The notes under the pieces are model-generated. The model ran no database searches. It had not been told where the DNA came from and saw only the letters and a program-made list of their open reading frames with translations. Positions 40,001-52,512 of a stretch of 64,000 nt of DNA are shown here, piece by piece. This stretch comes from Lingula anatina (taxonomy: Eukaryota > Animalia > Brachiopoda), in assembly GCA_051362555.1 (NCBI GenBank), contig CM120642.1, positions 4,216,001 to 4,280,000 on the forward strand, read 5' to 3'. Each line of letters begins with the position of its first letter. Within the stretch, counting starts at the first letter, position 1. The position numbers and the translations under genes were made by a program.

Positions 40001-43000
40001 CTTCCCCGCTCATGGCATATCTTCGGCGGAGAATCGTTCGCGTAAAATAATCATCGCGGGATGGTTTGCGATGTAAGCAAGAATGAAATGCAATTTTTAT
40101 ATTAGTTCAAGGGATTTAGGGAACTTCGTTAACGGAAGATCGTCAGCGAGAGATCATTATTTCACTCCCCCCCCCCCCCCCCCAGACACACACACTTTGG
40201 ATTTAAAAAATATCTTTTTCATTTTATCTTTAAACAGCCCCCCTCCCCCGCTCACGGTATATATTCGGCGGAGAATCGTTCGCGTAATATCCTCAGGACT
40301 TTGTTCGCGTAAGATCATATCAGAGGGAGATCGTTTGCGATCCTAGCTTGACGTAAAGGCAATTTTCATATCATCGTCGGGAGATTGTTCGCGATGTAAG
40401 CAATAATAAAATGCAGTTTTCATATTAGTTCAAGGAACTTAGTTTGCAAACGATCGTCAGCGGGAGATCATTATTTTAACCCCCCCCCTCCCCTTTGAAT
40501 ATTATAAATAATATATATTTTTAATTTCATCTTTAACCCCCCCCCTTCCCCGCTCACGGCATACATGTATCTTCGGCGAAGAATCGTTTGCGTAATATAT
40601 CGCCAGGACTTTGTTCGCGTAAGATCGTCTGAGGGAGATCGTTCGCGATCCAAGCGAGACGAAAAGGCAATTTTCATATCATCATCGGGAGATCGTTCAG
40701 TTTTCATATAAGTTCAAGAAACTTAAATTGCGGAAGATCGTCTGCGGGAGCAATTATTTTAACTCCCTGTAAATTTTTAGGAAGTTACAGATGGTACTTT
40801 TAGAAGGCCTGACATTCAATCCTGGGAAAAGCCCTGCATGCAACAAACGTTGCCAAGTGCATAATTTTTTTTAAATATGTTGCGGCCAGGTTATAATAAA
40901 AGGAGGCAATTAAGCTTATCTTGATCCTTCTCCTCTATCAGGAGGTATGTTTCTTACCGAGAAGATAATTCCCAACACATTTTCGGGTACAGTAAGTTAA
41001 ATTTAACTTAATCGAGATGCAGTAATAAATATATTATTATTTACCACCAGAAAACGACTTAGGAAGTAGTTTTAAATATCCCACAATATAGGAGGGTCAA
41101 AGATAACAGTCGCTAAGGATAAAAGCCCAAAGGCCGGATTTTTGAAAATTTCGTCATACCCAGGAGTCGGGGAGAGGTAATTTTGAAAAATTAGTCGGAT
41201 TTACACAATTAAAAATATTAATTAATTTTTAAGCGACGAAATTTTCAAGACTTTACTGTAAGTATCAGAATATATAAATCTTGAAAGGGTAAAAGATAAA
41301 GAAAATGTGAAGTGTTTGAAAATCATAAGTAAATACTGTAGTCTTAAGGGGAACTATCCAAGTATGATATTTTGATATATTTCCAGGTGTTATGTTCTGT
41401 GTTGGAGGGCGTGGTGGGACAGGTGATCCATTCAAGTCCATAGAGTGTTATGATTTAAGGAACAACAGGTGGCTGACCATCAGTGAGATGACCACCAAGA
41501 GGAGACACGTGGGTGTGGTGTCTGTAGATGGTGAGTAACTGGATATGTTGGTGTGGTGTCTGTGGAATGTGGGTAGCTGGATATGTTGGTGTGGTGTCTG
41601 TGGAAGGTGGGTAACTGGATATGTTGGTGTGGTATCTGTGGAAGGTGGGTAGCTGGATATGTTGGTGTGGTGTCTGTGGAAGGTGGGTAGCTGGATATAT
41701 TGGTGTGGTGTCTGTGGAAGGTGGGTAACTGGATATGTTGGTGTGGTATCTGTGGAAGGTGGGTAGCTGGATATGTTGGTGTGGTGTCTGTGGAAGGTGG
41801 GTAGCTGGATATGTTGGTGTGGTGTCTGTGGAAGGTGGGTAGCTGGATATGTTGGTGTGGTGTCTGTGGAAGGTGGGTAACTGGATATGTTGGTGTGGTG
41901 TCTGTGGAAGGTGGGTAGCTGGATATGTTGGCGTGGTGTCTGTGGAAGGTGGGTAACTGGATATGTTGGTGTGGTGTCTGTGGAAGGTGGGTAGCTGGAT
42001 ATGTTGGTGTGGTGTCTGTGGAAGGTGGGTAACTGGATATGTTGGTGTGGTATCTGTGGAAGGTGGGTAGCTGGATATGTTGGTATGGTGTCTGTGGAAG
42101 GTGGGTAGCTGGATATGTTGGTATGGTGTCTGTAGATGATGGTAGGTAGCTGGATATGTTGGTGTGGTGTCTGTGGAAGGTGGGTAACTGGATATGTTGG
42201 TGTGGTATCTGTGGAAGGTGGGTAGCTGGATATGTTGGTGTGGTGTCTGTGGAAGGTGGGTAGCTGGATATGTTGGTGTGGTGTCTGTGGAAGGTGGGTA
42301 GCTGGATATGTTGGTGTGGTGTCTGTGGAAGGTGGGTAACTGGATATGTTGGTGTGGTGTCTGTGGAAGGTGGGTAGCTGGATATGTTGGTGTGGTGTCT
42401 GTGGAAGGTGGGTAACTGGATATGTTGGTGTGGTATCTGTGGAAGGTGGGTAGCTGGATATGTTGGTATGGTGTCTGTGGAAGGTGGATAGCTGGATATG
42501 TTGGTATGGTGTCTGTAGATGATGGTAGGTAGCTGGATATGTTGGTGTGGTGTCTGTAGATGATGGTGGGTAGCTAGATATGTTGGGGTGGTGTCTGAGG
42601 AAGGTGGGTAGCTGGATATGTTGGTGTCTGTAGATGGTGGGTAGCTGGATATGTTGGTATGGTGTCTGTAGATGATGGTAGGTAGCTGGATATGTTGGTG
42701 TGGTGTCTGTAGATGATGGGTAGCTGGATATGTTGGTGTGGTGTCTGTAGATGATGGTAGGTAGCTGGATATGTTGGTGTGGTGTCTGTAGATGAAGGTG
42801 GGTAGCTGGATATGTTGGTGTGGTGTCTGTAGATGGTGGGTAGCTGGACATGTTGGTGTGGTGTCTGTGGAAGGTGGGTATGAATAATGGAATTAAATAA
42901 TGTTGCTGTTTTCATTCAAATTTGTGTCCTAGAATTCAGGTCAAGTACTGCACTGGGCATGGACTTTTTTTTTTCAAAAAACGTTTATTAGATGATTTGG

Positions 43001-46000
43001 CCTTGTTTATTTATTTCTGTTCTGGTTTTCAGGTCTCCTGTACAGCATAGGTGGTCATGATGGTAATGAACACCTGAACAGCTGTGAGGTGTTTGACCCT
43101 GTGACTAATAAATGGAAAGCCATTGCTTCTATGGCAACATACAGGTAAATGCTGCTTACAATTTTGACTATAAAATGCATATCATGTAATATCTTCAGTG
43201 GAAGAAAAAAGCATCTGCAGCAGCAATTTAAACTATATCTCTAGTACATATAATGAATTAGCAAAGTCAGTACTAAGCTGTAAAGAGTATATCTAAGCAG
43301 ATTATAATACAGATGTATTGATATCAATTATGTGTAATAAAGTTGCTTAGATTTCACATGAGATGCTTTGTATTAAAAAAATAAAATTTGATTGTCACTT
43401 AAATCATAGAAAAGATTTTTTTCTTCTTATTTAAAATTTATTATTATTACTATTTATTTTTTTTATAATATATTATTTTTAATATTATTTTTGGTGTGTA
43501 CAGACGTGGTATTGCAGTGGCTTCCCTGAATGGTCCAATATATGTTGTTGGTGGTCTTGATGACTCTACCTGTTTTAATCAAGTGGAAAGATATGATATC
43601 CAATCAGATTCCTGGAGTTTTGTTGCCCCGATGAACACTCCAAGAGGTGGTGTTGGTGTAGGTGCTCTTAAGGTAAAGATGTTTTGCAAGAGATTGCCAT
43701 ACCTGAAAAGTAAATCTGAGAAATTTTGTCCTAGGTTTCCCTATGTATTGAAACCCTTTAAAGGGTTTGCTTCATGCCGTCAGAATGGCCTGAACGGAAC
43801 ATATTCTTCAGAAAACATGCCCAACTAACGATATCTTTATCCAAATACACAAATTAAAAGCTCATTTGGTAAATTTTTGGCTTTAAAAAACGTCCTATTT
43901 GCTCGGCCTGGGAGTTAATGAGCTACGTGGTCACGTGGTCCAATGACGACAATCGAGCCACTGGAGAACAGAGCGTGCTTAGCTGTCAAACTGAGCTGCA
44001 TTGTCTACCTGTAAGATGACTTCTCTGGCTTCTGATAAAAGTTTATACTCATTCAAATCTCTTACCCGAGGGGTCTAAATCCTCGTGAAGCTGTGTAAAA
44101 CCATTTCCCGTCTAGTCATTTCTTTAACAAGCATTTCATTATGGTTATCCCAAGTTGTATAAAACACTGCATTTGAATGAGTTAAGGGAAATGTTGATTA
44201 TTGCATATGAGGTCTATGTTATTTGTGAAATTCAATTTATTTTATTAAACCGCTGACACTCCGTCTTGCATACTTTTATTAAACTGAGGTAAACAATGCC
44301 CGTTACCTTTACAAGTCCTATCTTAATCATCCATCTACCTGGAACTTCCTTTACCTCTTAATTAGAGGGTTAAATGGCATTCAATTTGTCTTGCTTGTAT
44401 CGAACGCACTCTCTATCTAAGCTTTACTCCAGTTATCTCAGGTAAAAATCTACCTGTGCGTTAGTTACAAAGCGCAGCTCCCGTAGACCTGGGGGTACTA
44501 GATAAAATCTGAACACCAGGTTTATCGAGGAGCTAGAGAAAGAAAGGAAGAATTTTTCCTGCACAACTTCATAGGAATTTTAACACGGACTTGATCCAGC
44601 TTAGACCTCCAAACTAACAGGGTGACATGGGCAATTTTCACAAACAAATCATAAAACTATATTTCAGTTAACCGCCTTTAAAATAAATATACCGTTCTGG
44701 GTAAATTAAAATAGTTATTAAATCGCAAGAATATTTTTGACTTAAATGATGATTTTATTATTAATGGAAATTAAGCTACTATATGAGGTACATTTGCTGT
44801 GATTACGCTGTCCTTCATGTTTTGCGTAAGTCTACATTTTGCTGTATGTGCTTGTAATCTTTTTAAATATGTGCGTACAATTTTTGCAGGTCTGGTTACC
44901 CCCCTGTTATGTGATGAGAGTATTAATTTGGCAATTAGTTCCTTAGCTTATTTGAATAGAATTGCAGTGTAAAATTTTCAACAAGATGTTGGCGAAATAG
45001 CCCATTACTCTTTGTAGGTATTTCCCCCGTCAAAGTTTGTCTAAAATTATCTTTCAATCTTTACTCTTTCAAAGACAGTATAAAGTTACCTGACATATTT
45101 TCGTGTAAACTTAATGACAAGCCAAGTGTCTCCAGTTCATTCCGTACTCAATTTTACCCAAGCAAATTTTTTTCTTGAGTAGATCTTTATAGCAAGGTGT
45201 TATAAGCTTACAAATATGCAAAAAAAAATTGCGTACTGACGCAGAATTTGCGTTTCAAGTTATAAAATAATCAATCTTTTAAATAATTTAATATTTCAGA
45301 TGAAATAATCTTCAGAAACAAATCCTCAAAGCATAAACGAATTAGGATAACGAACCATTTTATTATAGAAGTTCCCATTTTTTCTTTAATATAACGCTCT
45401 TTTTCCTGTTTTTCCTCAACACGTTTTCTTCCACGGAAGCTTCAAGATACCCTGAGAGCAATTTCTTTTATTAATGTTCGCGACCGTGTTTGAACTTAAT
45501 TGTTTAAGTATTGATATTTAACGTCATTTACAAATACCAAAAAAATAACCCCATGAAATAAATGAGATATATTGAAAAATATGAAAGCCCACCAAGACGA
45601 GTTTCATACCTGTTATTACCTGGCTTGGGAATTGCAGCGGTGCATTTAACAGGTTTGTTGTAAACGAGCTTTTGGTCAACTACAATGCATTTAAAATGCA
45701 TCAGCAATCAGTAAGTTTGCCAACTGATGACAGTTAATCTGAAAGACTACCAGCTCTTGATATGATCTAAACCACCTGAGGTGACCATGATCTAGAGCAT
45801 CGCAACTATTGTCACCGAAGTTAGTAAGTAAGTCACGGAAGACCGTCACAGACAAAGAAAGATTGTCAACGAGAGCTGCAATTTTGGTGAATCCCACGGC
45901 AACACACCGAGGCATAACGAAAATTCCTCAACTCCGTTCAACACAACTTTCCTTAACTTCTAAACTTCCTAACTATGCACCATGCAGCTCAGTTGAGTCT

Positions 46001-49000
46001 CATAGACCTTTCTTTATCGTGATTGTCGTCACAGTACCACGTGACCCAGATCTGTTGCTTCATTTTTGCATATTGAGGTGAGGTTTACTAAAACGCTTTT
46101 TTTCTAGTAATAGATTGTTTTTATAATTTTTAAATGGCGGGGATCGATTAAAACATACCTCTAGTGTATAGATTGAGTGCTGTATCTTCAAAATTCGAGA
46201 AATGGATTTTTACATGAACATTGTCCTTTAAGTGTAAAAATGCATGTTATGGACAAGTATTCAGAGGTTGAATTGGCAAGATACATCATTTGTCTTATAA
46301 GAAAAGTGACCTACATGATAATTATTTTGTTTTTCAGAACATGCTGTATGCCGTAGGTGGGAATGATGGCACTACTTCTCTGGACACATGTGAGCGCTAC
46401 GACCCACATGTGAACCGATGGACATTTGTGGCCAGCATGAAGAAGAGACGAGCAGGAGCAGGGGTGGCAGTCCTGGATGGATATCTCTTTGTTGTGGGTT
46501 AGTATTATAATAGGTTGATGTGGACAACATGTCTGTAATTTTTGTCTGTTTCTTCCATTGAGGTATTTACTAGTTGTGTAATTTTGTATGATATCATTGT
46601 GTAATTGGTATTGGTTTTTGTCATTGCAATTAATGATGATTTATTTGTCACATAAAGAACACCAAGTTCATTTTTGTACCATGCCCATGTTTGCCTCTTA
46701 AGAAAATTAGTTGCAGGGCCGAAAGTTCAGCCATCTTGAAAAGTAGCTGGCTTGAATGTCTGCTGGGTGGGAAAACTTCTCAGCCCGTTCTGAAAGTTTT
46801 CAGCCCCGGGCAGATGGTCCAACCTTAATTTCTAACACTCTTCATGCCTCAATTTTATATGACTGAGGCAAAACCGAAAAGATTTAGGTCATTCAACAGT
46901 TATCATGGAAAATTACTATGATTAAAAAAGGAAAAAGGTTGACGTTTGAAGTAATGTTTTGGCATCAGTTACTACTTTCTCTGCATGTATTAAATGAATT
47001 AGTCTAACACCACAGTGATCAGTTAATTGATTATCAAAAGTCAACAAGTGACTAACAAGTCCTGTAATGTTGCACTTCTGTACTTCCAGGAGGATTTGAT
47101 GACAACTCTCCCCAGGACTCTGTGGAAAGGTACGACCCTGTTACCAACACATGGGAGGTTTTAACTGTCATGTCACGGCCACGAGGTGGCGTTGGTGTAG
47201 CTGCACTTGGTGGAAAGATTTATGCAGTGGGCGGTCACGATGGAACCAATTATTTGAATTCTGTGGAAGCCTTTGATCCCATTTCAAACAGGTACATGTG
47301 TATATTTGTTGACAACATAATAAATTAATGTAACTGGATGAATTAACTATTAAGAAATAGATAGAAGATGGTGCATATACTAGTCAGTGTATTAGTATTT
47401 CTCTGGATTCTAAATAGGCCAGCACACACTCTGAGCTACCAGCTGAGCCATTGATCTTGCACACATTTGAGCCAGCAGCTCTGTGTGTATTATGAAGTGG
47501 CGAGCTTTTTTGTCTCATACCTTCTGAGGCAAAGAACTCAGTAGAGCTGAAGTGCCAAGAAACTGAGGCTGTAGCTCACAATGTGTGCCAGAATAAACTT
47601 ATAACTTGTATGTGGAGGCTCTTGTTCCCCTCTTTAACTCTCCTCTTCCAAACATAATTCATGAATTATACAATAGTCAAATAACTCTGTGCTTAGTTCT
47701 TTTTCTTCTTCCGTCTCTGTCTAATAGTATCCTGTGTCTTCGTCTTTGTTTTATGTATGTCCTGCTTAATTGCTGATGGGGTTCTTGTGATGTTAATTAC
47801 ACAAAAAAACTTAGGGTTGGTGTTCTTAAAGGGAATAACTTTGAGCATAAGATCCAAATTTAACCAGTACATCCACACGTATGACCAAATTATTTTACAT
47901 GAGTCCCAACAAACAATGTTCCTTAAATCTCTTCTTTTGTGTTGGAAATGGCCACTTTTAAGAAAATTACCCCCTTTTTCTTGTACAGGTAGGGTATTCT
48001 TTAAGTAGTGTTGAGTACACTGGGTCACATAATCCTGTTTAGTTTTGATTCTAAGGCCCCATTCAGAATAGGGGACTAACTAGTCCGAGGGTCAAATATG
48101 GCCAACCCACTTCAATACTTTCCCATGAGATATCTACTCAGTGTCTATTAGATTAAACGGGAAGCTTTGTAGTGGGTTGCCATATTTGACCCTCAGACTA
48201 GTTAGTCCCCTATTCTGAATGGGGCCTAAGACTTGTGATCTTCTTTCAATTGTTTATTCCATCTTATATGCCGTTGAGTAGCTCTTTATTCAAACCAGAT
48301 ATGGTGCTACAAGAAACCGAGAGGCACAGAGCGTTTCAGTAACTGATATTGATGGTCTAGATTGATATTTATTTCCCCCAACCCTAAATGAATTGACAGA
48401 ATATATAATACATTCAGCCAAGGCATACATGTCAATTTCCATTACTGTATAAAAATAATAGCTTTGTCTAGATTAAATAAGTAACAGTGGTAAAACATTT
48501 ATTGGAATACATGCACTTTGAATGTAAATTTCTTATATTTCATTTCTCCTTTTCTCTGCCTTTAACAAGTGATGGGATATGATTCTCTAATTATTTTCTC
48601 TAATCTCAGGTGTACTCATTATTCTTATATATGATTCAATATGAATGGCCATGATGATAGTATGGATTACGACAGTACAATATGCTTTATTCATATTATA
48701 GTGCTAATTGTTAATGTACTATTTATAGTTAAAATTAGTATTGTAAAAGGCCTTTTTACATTGAGAATTATATCTAAGGAATACAGTTGTTTTGATATGT
48801 TTTTAAAGATTGACAACTTCGTAGCCTTTATGCTACAGAATAGAGTACAAAAGGAAATTGATATTAACTAATTTAATAAAATTAAACTAAGCCCCCACAC
48901 TCAACACAGCCAACTGATTAACTTCCATTTAATAAACAGCAGGAAGCAAAGTCCCCTCTAGTGCAATGGCATGTTAGAACTTTTCAGAATATCAGTGCAG

Positions 49001-51117
49001 CTGTATCGTTAAGATATAAGATTCAATGTGAGGAGGCCTGCCGTAGTATCATATTCCAATGTGTTGTTTGTTAAAGCTGGGACAGTGCGGCAGGTGTACA
49101 GAGTGGTCGCGCAGGTGCTGGTGTCACGGTGGTGGACTGCCTCATACACAGCATACGAAAGCAGGATAAACTTCACTTATCCTCTACAGGTACAAGGAGC
49201 CCGACCAACCCCCCTTCCCCCACCCCCACCCCCACCCCTTTCACTTGTTTCTGGTTTTTGATAACATTCCTGTATTTTCAACACATAAGCTGCATTCAGA
49301 TATGGCTGAAATATCAATTTATTTCCTCATTTTTTATTGCAATGTTAAGATTATTTCACTGAGTCTTGTGTTACATGCATAGAGACCCCAAAGTATCTCA
49401 AGCGTCTGAATTTCTGGTCACTGTGGTTTAATATGATTATCTGAAGACGGTATTTTCTACCACATAGTTCAGCATTAGAATTTATCTAAGTGCAGCTGAT
49501 GTTTTTTTTTCTGCTCCCTCCAAATTCCATAAAATTTTTCATTTTAAGATGTGATGTGCTGTATAAAATATGCCTGTGTTTCTTGGTTAAATTATCCCAT
49601 TCTAAATTAAAACTCATTGTTTTCCCTAAGATGTATGGTTTATTCCATGGACCTTTTCCTCTTTTAATCACTTTATTAAGTTTTTATGAAGTATTTTAAT
49701 ATTCATGTTGTTAAGATATCTTTGTGTAAAAAGGCTTTGAATGTTTGTACATTTCCCTGAAGAATAGTTAAAATAACTATTCAAATCTAAACTAAATTTA
49801 CGTCATACATGTTTGAAAAGCAAATGTCATCAGAACAAAAATATGATAGTGAAATAGTGTTAAGATTCATAAAATGCAACAAACATATTGTGATACATTT
49901 TTGTTTTGTCTTGTATTAATTTTTTTGTGAATCGTATAGGAGATCTATTAATATATGATGTTTCCAAGTTTTTATTTATTTATTTATTTTTATTTTATTT
50001 TTTTATTTTTATGAAGATATTCAAATGATTTACAAAAACTGAAATATTGGACAGCAAATAAGTCAATTTCCTCTTCGATGAAACTTACACAACTTGAAGC
50101 AAATGAACAAAAATTCAGTGAAAAGCAACATAAAATATGAAATAGATGATTGGATTTTTAAAGTGATTTTGTTATATAAATGTCAGCAGTATGGTTGGAA
50201 CAAGCTCTTTCCCCATCAGCTAACACCAGTGTTATTTGGAATGTTGCTCAACCCAGTACAAGGGGCTGTGGCATTAGTTTTAAAAAAAAAGCATGCATTC
50301 CTTCTTCTTCACTGTTCATAACCTTTGTTAAGTAGACTCTGCCATTTATGTACCAGGGTTTCAATGATGGGAGCTTGATGCATTTTTTTCTCTGACAAAA
50401 GCAGAAAAAAATTGGTTATTTCCCAGTCACTACAAAATTCTTGTATATTTATTTTGATATTTCCTATTTGTTTCATGAAAGTGCATCAAGGACCCTTAAA
50501 AGTTTGCACAGAGCTGACCTAATGAAAACCCTGTGTACATTATTGCTTTTAGTTAGGCATGGAAAGGGTGGTTCATGCTAAAGATGACAAAGGGGCACGC
50601 TTAGTGGACTCAATAATTTCAACAATTTTTCTCTAAAACACCAAGGTATACTCTTCAGGAAACAATAGGGTTGACCTCAGTGATTAAAGGCAAATTGCCC
50701 AATTTAAAAAAAATGTTTTTTTTTTGTTTTTTTTTTTTTTTTTTGTAAAAATAATTATAATACATTCCTTGTATGTGTAGTGTTTTCAGGAGCAAAATAT
50801 TTAATTTAATAGCAAGTTGTTTATCTGCATTTAGTAGCACAGCTATCAATCCATCTTTTCCATATCTACCACTGTTGATGTTATTTTATACCAGCTATTA
50901 CAGTAATTAATTATTTCAAGTAGTAGGCTGTTTTTATTGTGTACGTATATACTCCTATGCTTATTGTTCACTGTGAAGCTAATAACATAATAACAGTATT
51001 TTTAATTGATGTTTTTAGTGAAATGGTCAGCTTCAAAATCTTGCTTCTTAAGATGCTGTTAGATAATGCATGAAATATAACAATGTATGTAGACAGTTTC
51101 ACTATTTGCCTGTTTTT

Positions 51118-51150
<33 letters not shown>

Positions 51151-52512
51151 AAAGGGTTATAATAATTGCATATTATAATTGCATAAGATTTGCACTTAAT
51201 GTTGTCAATAATGATTTTTCATTGAAAAAGTTGAGACATTTTTTTTCTGTTTGATCTGTGTATGATCTGAGTGTTTTTCTCTTTAACTAGTTGATCAGAT
51301 TCAATGGAAGATAGTTTTTATGATGATTATAATATAAAATTTTTAAAAATATTTACCAGTAGTTAAAGTCAATGTACTGCAGCTTTAAGTTATGTCATTT
51401 AAGTTATTATTCATTAACAGTATGTAATTGAAATTTTGTGAAGAATGCTGAAAATTTAGATAAAAGCTGCAAACATTTTTCTTTCTTAACTAGAAGTGAA
51501 TTAGGGTGCTTTCAGAACAAGTTGATCCCCGTACTAACAGATCCATGGATCAGATATGGCCAACCCAATTAAAAGCTCCACTGTGATCTGAGCTTTTAAT
51601 TGCCGTGCCCTGCAGGGGTGGTGTGTGTGAGAGACTGGAAGTCCATTAGGGGATTTGGCGACATTGCTTTTAAGTGTTTTGTCCATATCTGATCCGCAAA
51701 TCTGTAAGTCCCCGGATCAACTTGATCTGAGTGTGCCCTCAGTCACATCAAACAGAATATTATAGGCAAAATGCTTTTTTGGCAGTTTGTACCTCTGTGC
51801 AGCCAAGCTGGTGTTTAGGTTGTAGAATTTTTCCTTTATTTCTTCCCCATCTTCTAACATTTTGTAAACTAGGACCATTTTCTGCTGCTGGTTCTATTAG
51901 GTCAGAACCTTGGCTTGTTAATTGGTCAGTTTGGAAAGTGGCCAGCCAACCAGCATCCAAAGACCACACATTTTATTATACATTGCTTGATTATTGTTTT
52001 CAGACCTAGCTTATCACTTGATTCCACAGCAACACCTGTTCTGCATAGTGGCCCTAACACATGTGTTATTAAAAATTACATGCATACACAGTTCCTTCTG
52101 CTTGATACTAAATATTTCACAAAATTTATCAGCTTATCATTCTGCACAAATACTAATGTTTAAAATTGTATTTTGTAATGTATTATCTTTTGACATATGA
52201 AGGGAATTTAAATCTGTTAAATTGGAAAATACATATATAAAAAAAGTTATATTGGAGCTTACTAAAACATGAAATACAACATCAAACCAGTTTGAAAGTA
52301 ACTGTACCATATATGCAAGTTTAAAGTTTTAATTATTGTTGATATGTGTACTTGATCCATTTCATCCAATTTTAATATTATCTTGGTTTTGTTTTAGCTG
52401 GGAAGCTGTAGCTAGTACCCAGGTATGCAGAGCTGGAGCAGGAATGGCGTACTCTGAATGCAACATATCAGTCATGCAAGAAGGAGGGCAGTCCATTAAT
52501 GCTGCTTTGTGA
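37080..52512 (+). CDS. KLHL8: Kelch-like protein 8 (BTB-BACK-6xKelch Cullin-3 adaptor) with Pro/Ser-rich N-terminal extension
   Basis: Exons 37080-37284, 37689-38924, 41387-41530, 43033-43144, 43504-43672, 46338-46497, 47090-47291, last exon 52398-52512 (or from 49077). BTB LCDLELKVGEKVFKCHRVVLACVSKYFRAMF. KLHL8-typical kelch segments CVGGRGGTGDPFKSIECYD, GGHDGNEHL, GGLDDSTCFNQVERYD, GGFDDNSP, RAGAG. Confidence 0.92.
39049..41258. mobile_element. About 2.2-kb non-autonomous TIR DNA transposon (TA target site, Tc1/mariner-like ends) with internal tandem repeats, in a KLHL8 intron
   Basis: TA-CGGTAAAGTCTTGAAAATTTCGTCG ... CGACGAAATTTTCAAGACTTTACTG-TA; CpG-rich internal repeats (GGGAGATCGTTCGCGAT) at about 39620-40750; no transposase ORF. 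Confidence 0.8.
41513..42880 (+). repeat. 38-bp minisatellite (about 35 copies) derived from a KLHL8 exon/intron donor junction
   Basis: Unit GTGGGTAGCTGGATATGTTGGTGTGGTGTCTGTGGAAG; first unit overlaps exon end GGTGTGGTGTCTGTAGATG|GTGAGTAACTGGATATGTT. Confidence 0.95.
43762..46227. mobile_element. Probable TTAA-flanked non-autonomous DNA transposon (Kolobok/piggyBac-like ends) filling a KLHL8 intron
   Basis: TTAA-AGGGTTTGCTTCATG ... CATGAACATTGTCCT-TTAA, weak TIR; interior appears CpG-rich compared with flanking intron DNA; no coding ORF. Confidence 0.4.
48055..48226. mobile_element. Tourist-like MITE, family 2, near-perfect hairpin
   Basis: TAA-GGCCCCATTCAGAATAGGGGACTAACTAGTC...GACTAGTTAGTCCCCTATTCTGAATGGGGCC-TAA; TIR over 45 bp and TAA target-site duplication. 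Confidence 0.88.
49077..49362 (+). CDS. KLHL8: KLHL8 alternative copy of the last kelch exon (WDSAAGVQSGRAGAGVTVVDCLIHSIRKQ...)
   Basis: Acceptor TTAAAG|C, phase 2 like exon 52398; W-x9-RAGAG motif. Either reads to the stop at 49362 or splices at CAG|GTACAA (49189). Confidence 0.72.
51504..51738. mobile_element. Degenerate Tourist-like MITE related to family 2
   Basis: GGGTGCTTTCAGAACAAGTTGATCC ... GGATCAACTTGATCTGAGTGTGCCC; shares ATATGGCCAACCCA with 48055-48226. Confidence 0.65.

Noticed and set aside
41448-42851. 467-aa minus-strand His/Thr/Pro-rich repetitive ORF
   Set aside because: Translation artefact of the 38-bp minisatellite (38-aa period = 3 units); the C/A-rich strand simply lacks stop codons
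41513-42880. CRISPR-like regular repeat array
   Set aside because: Units are head-to-tail with no unique spacers, there are no cas genes, and the context is a eukaryotic intron
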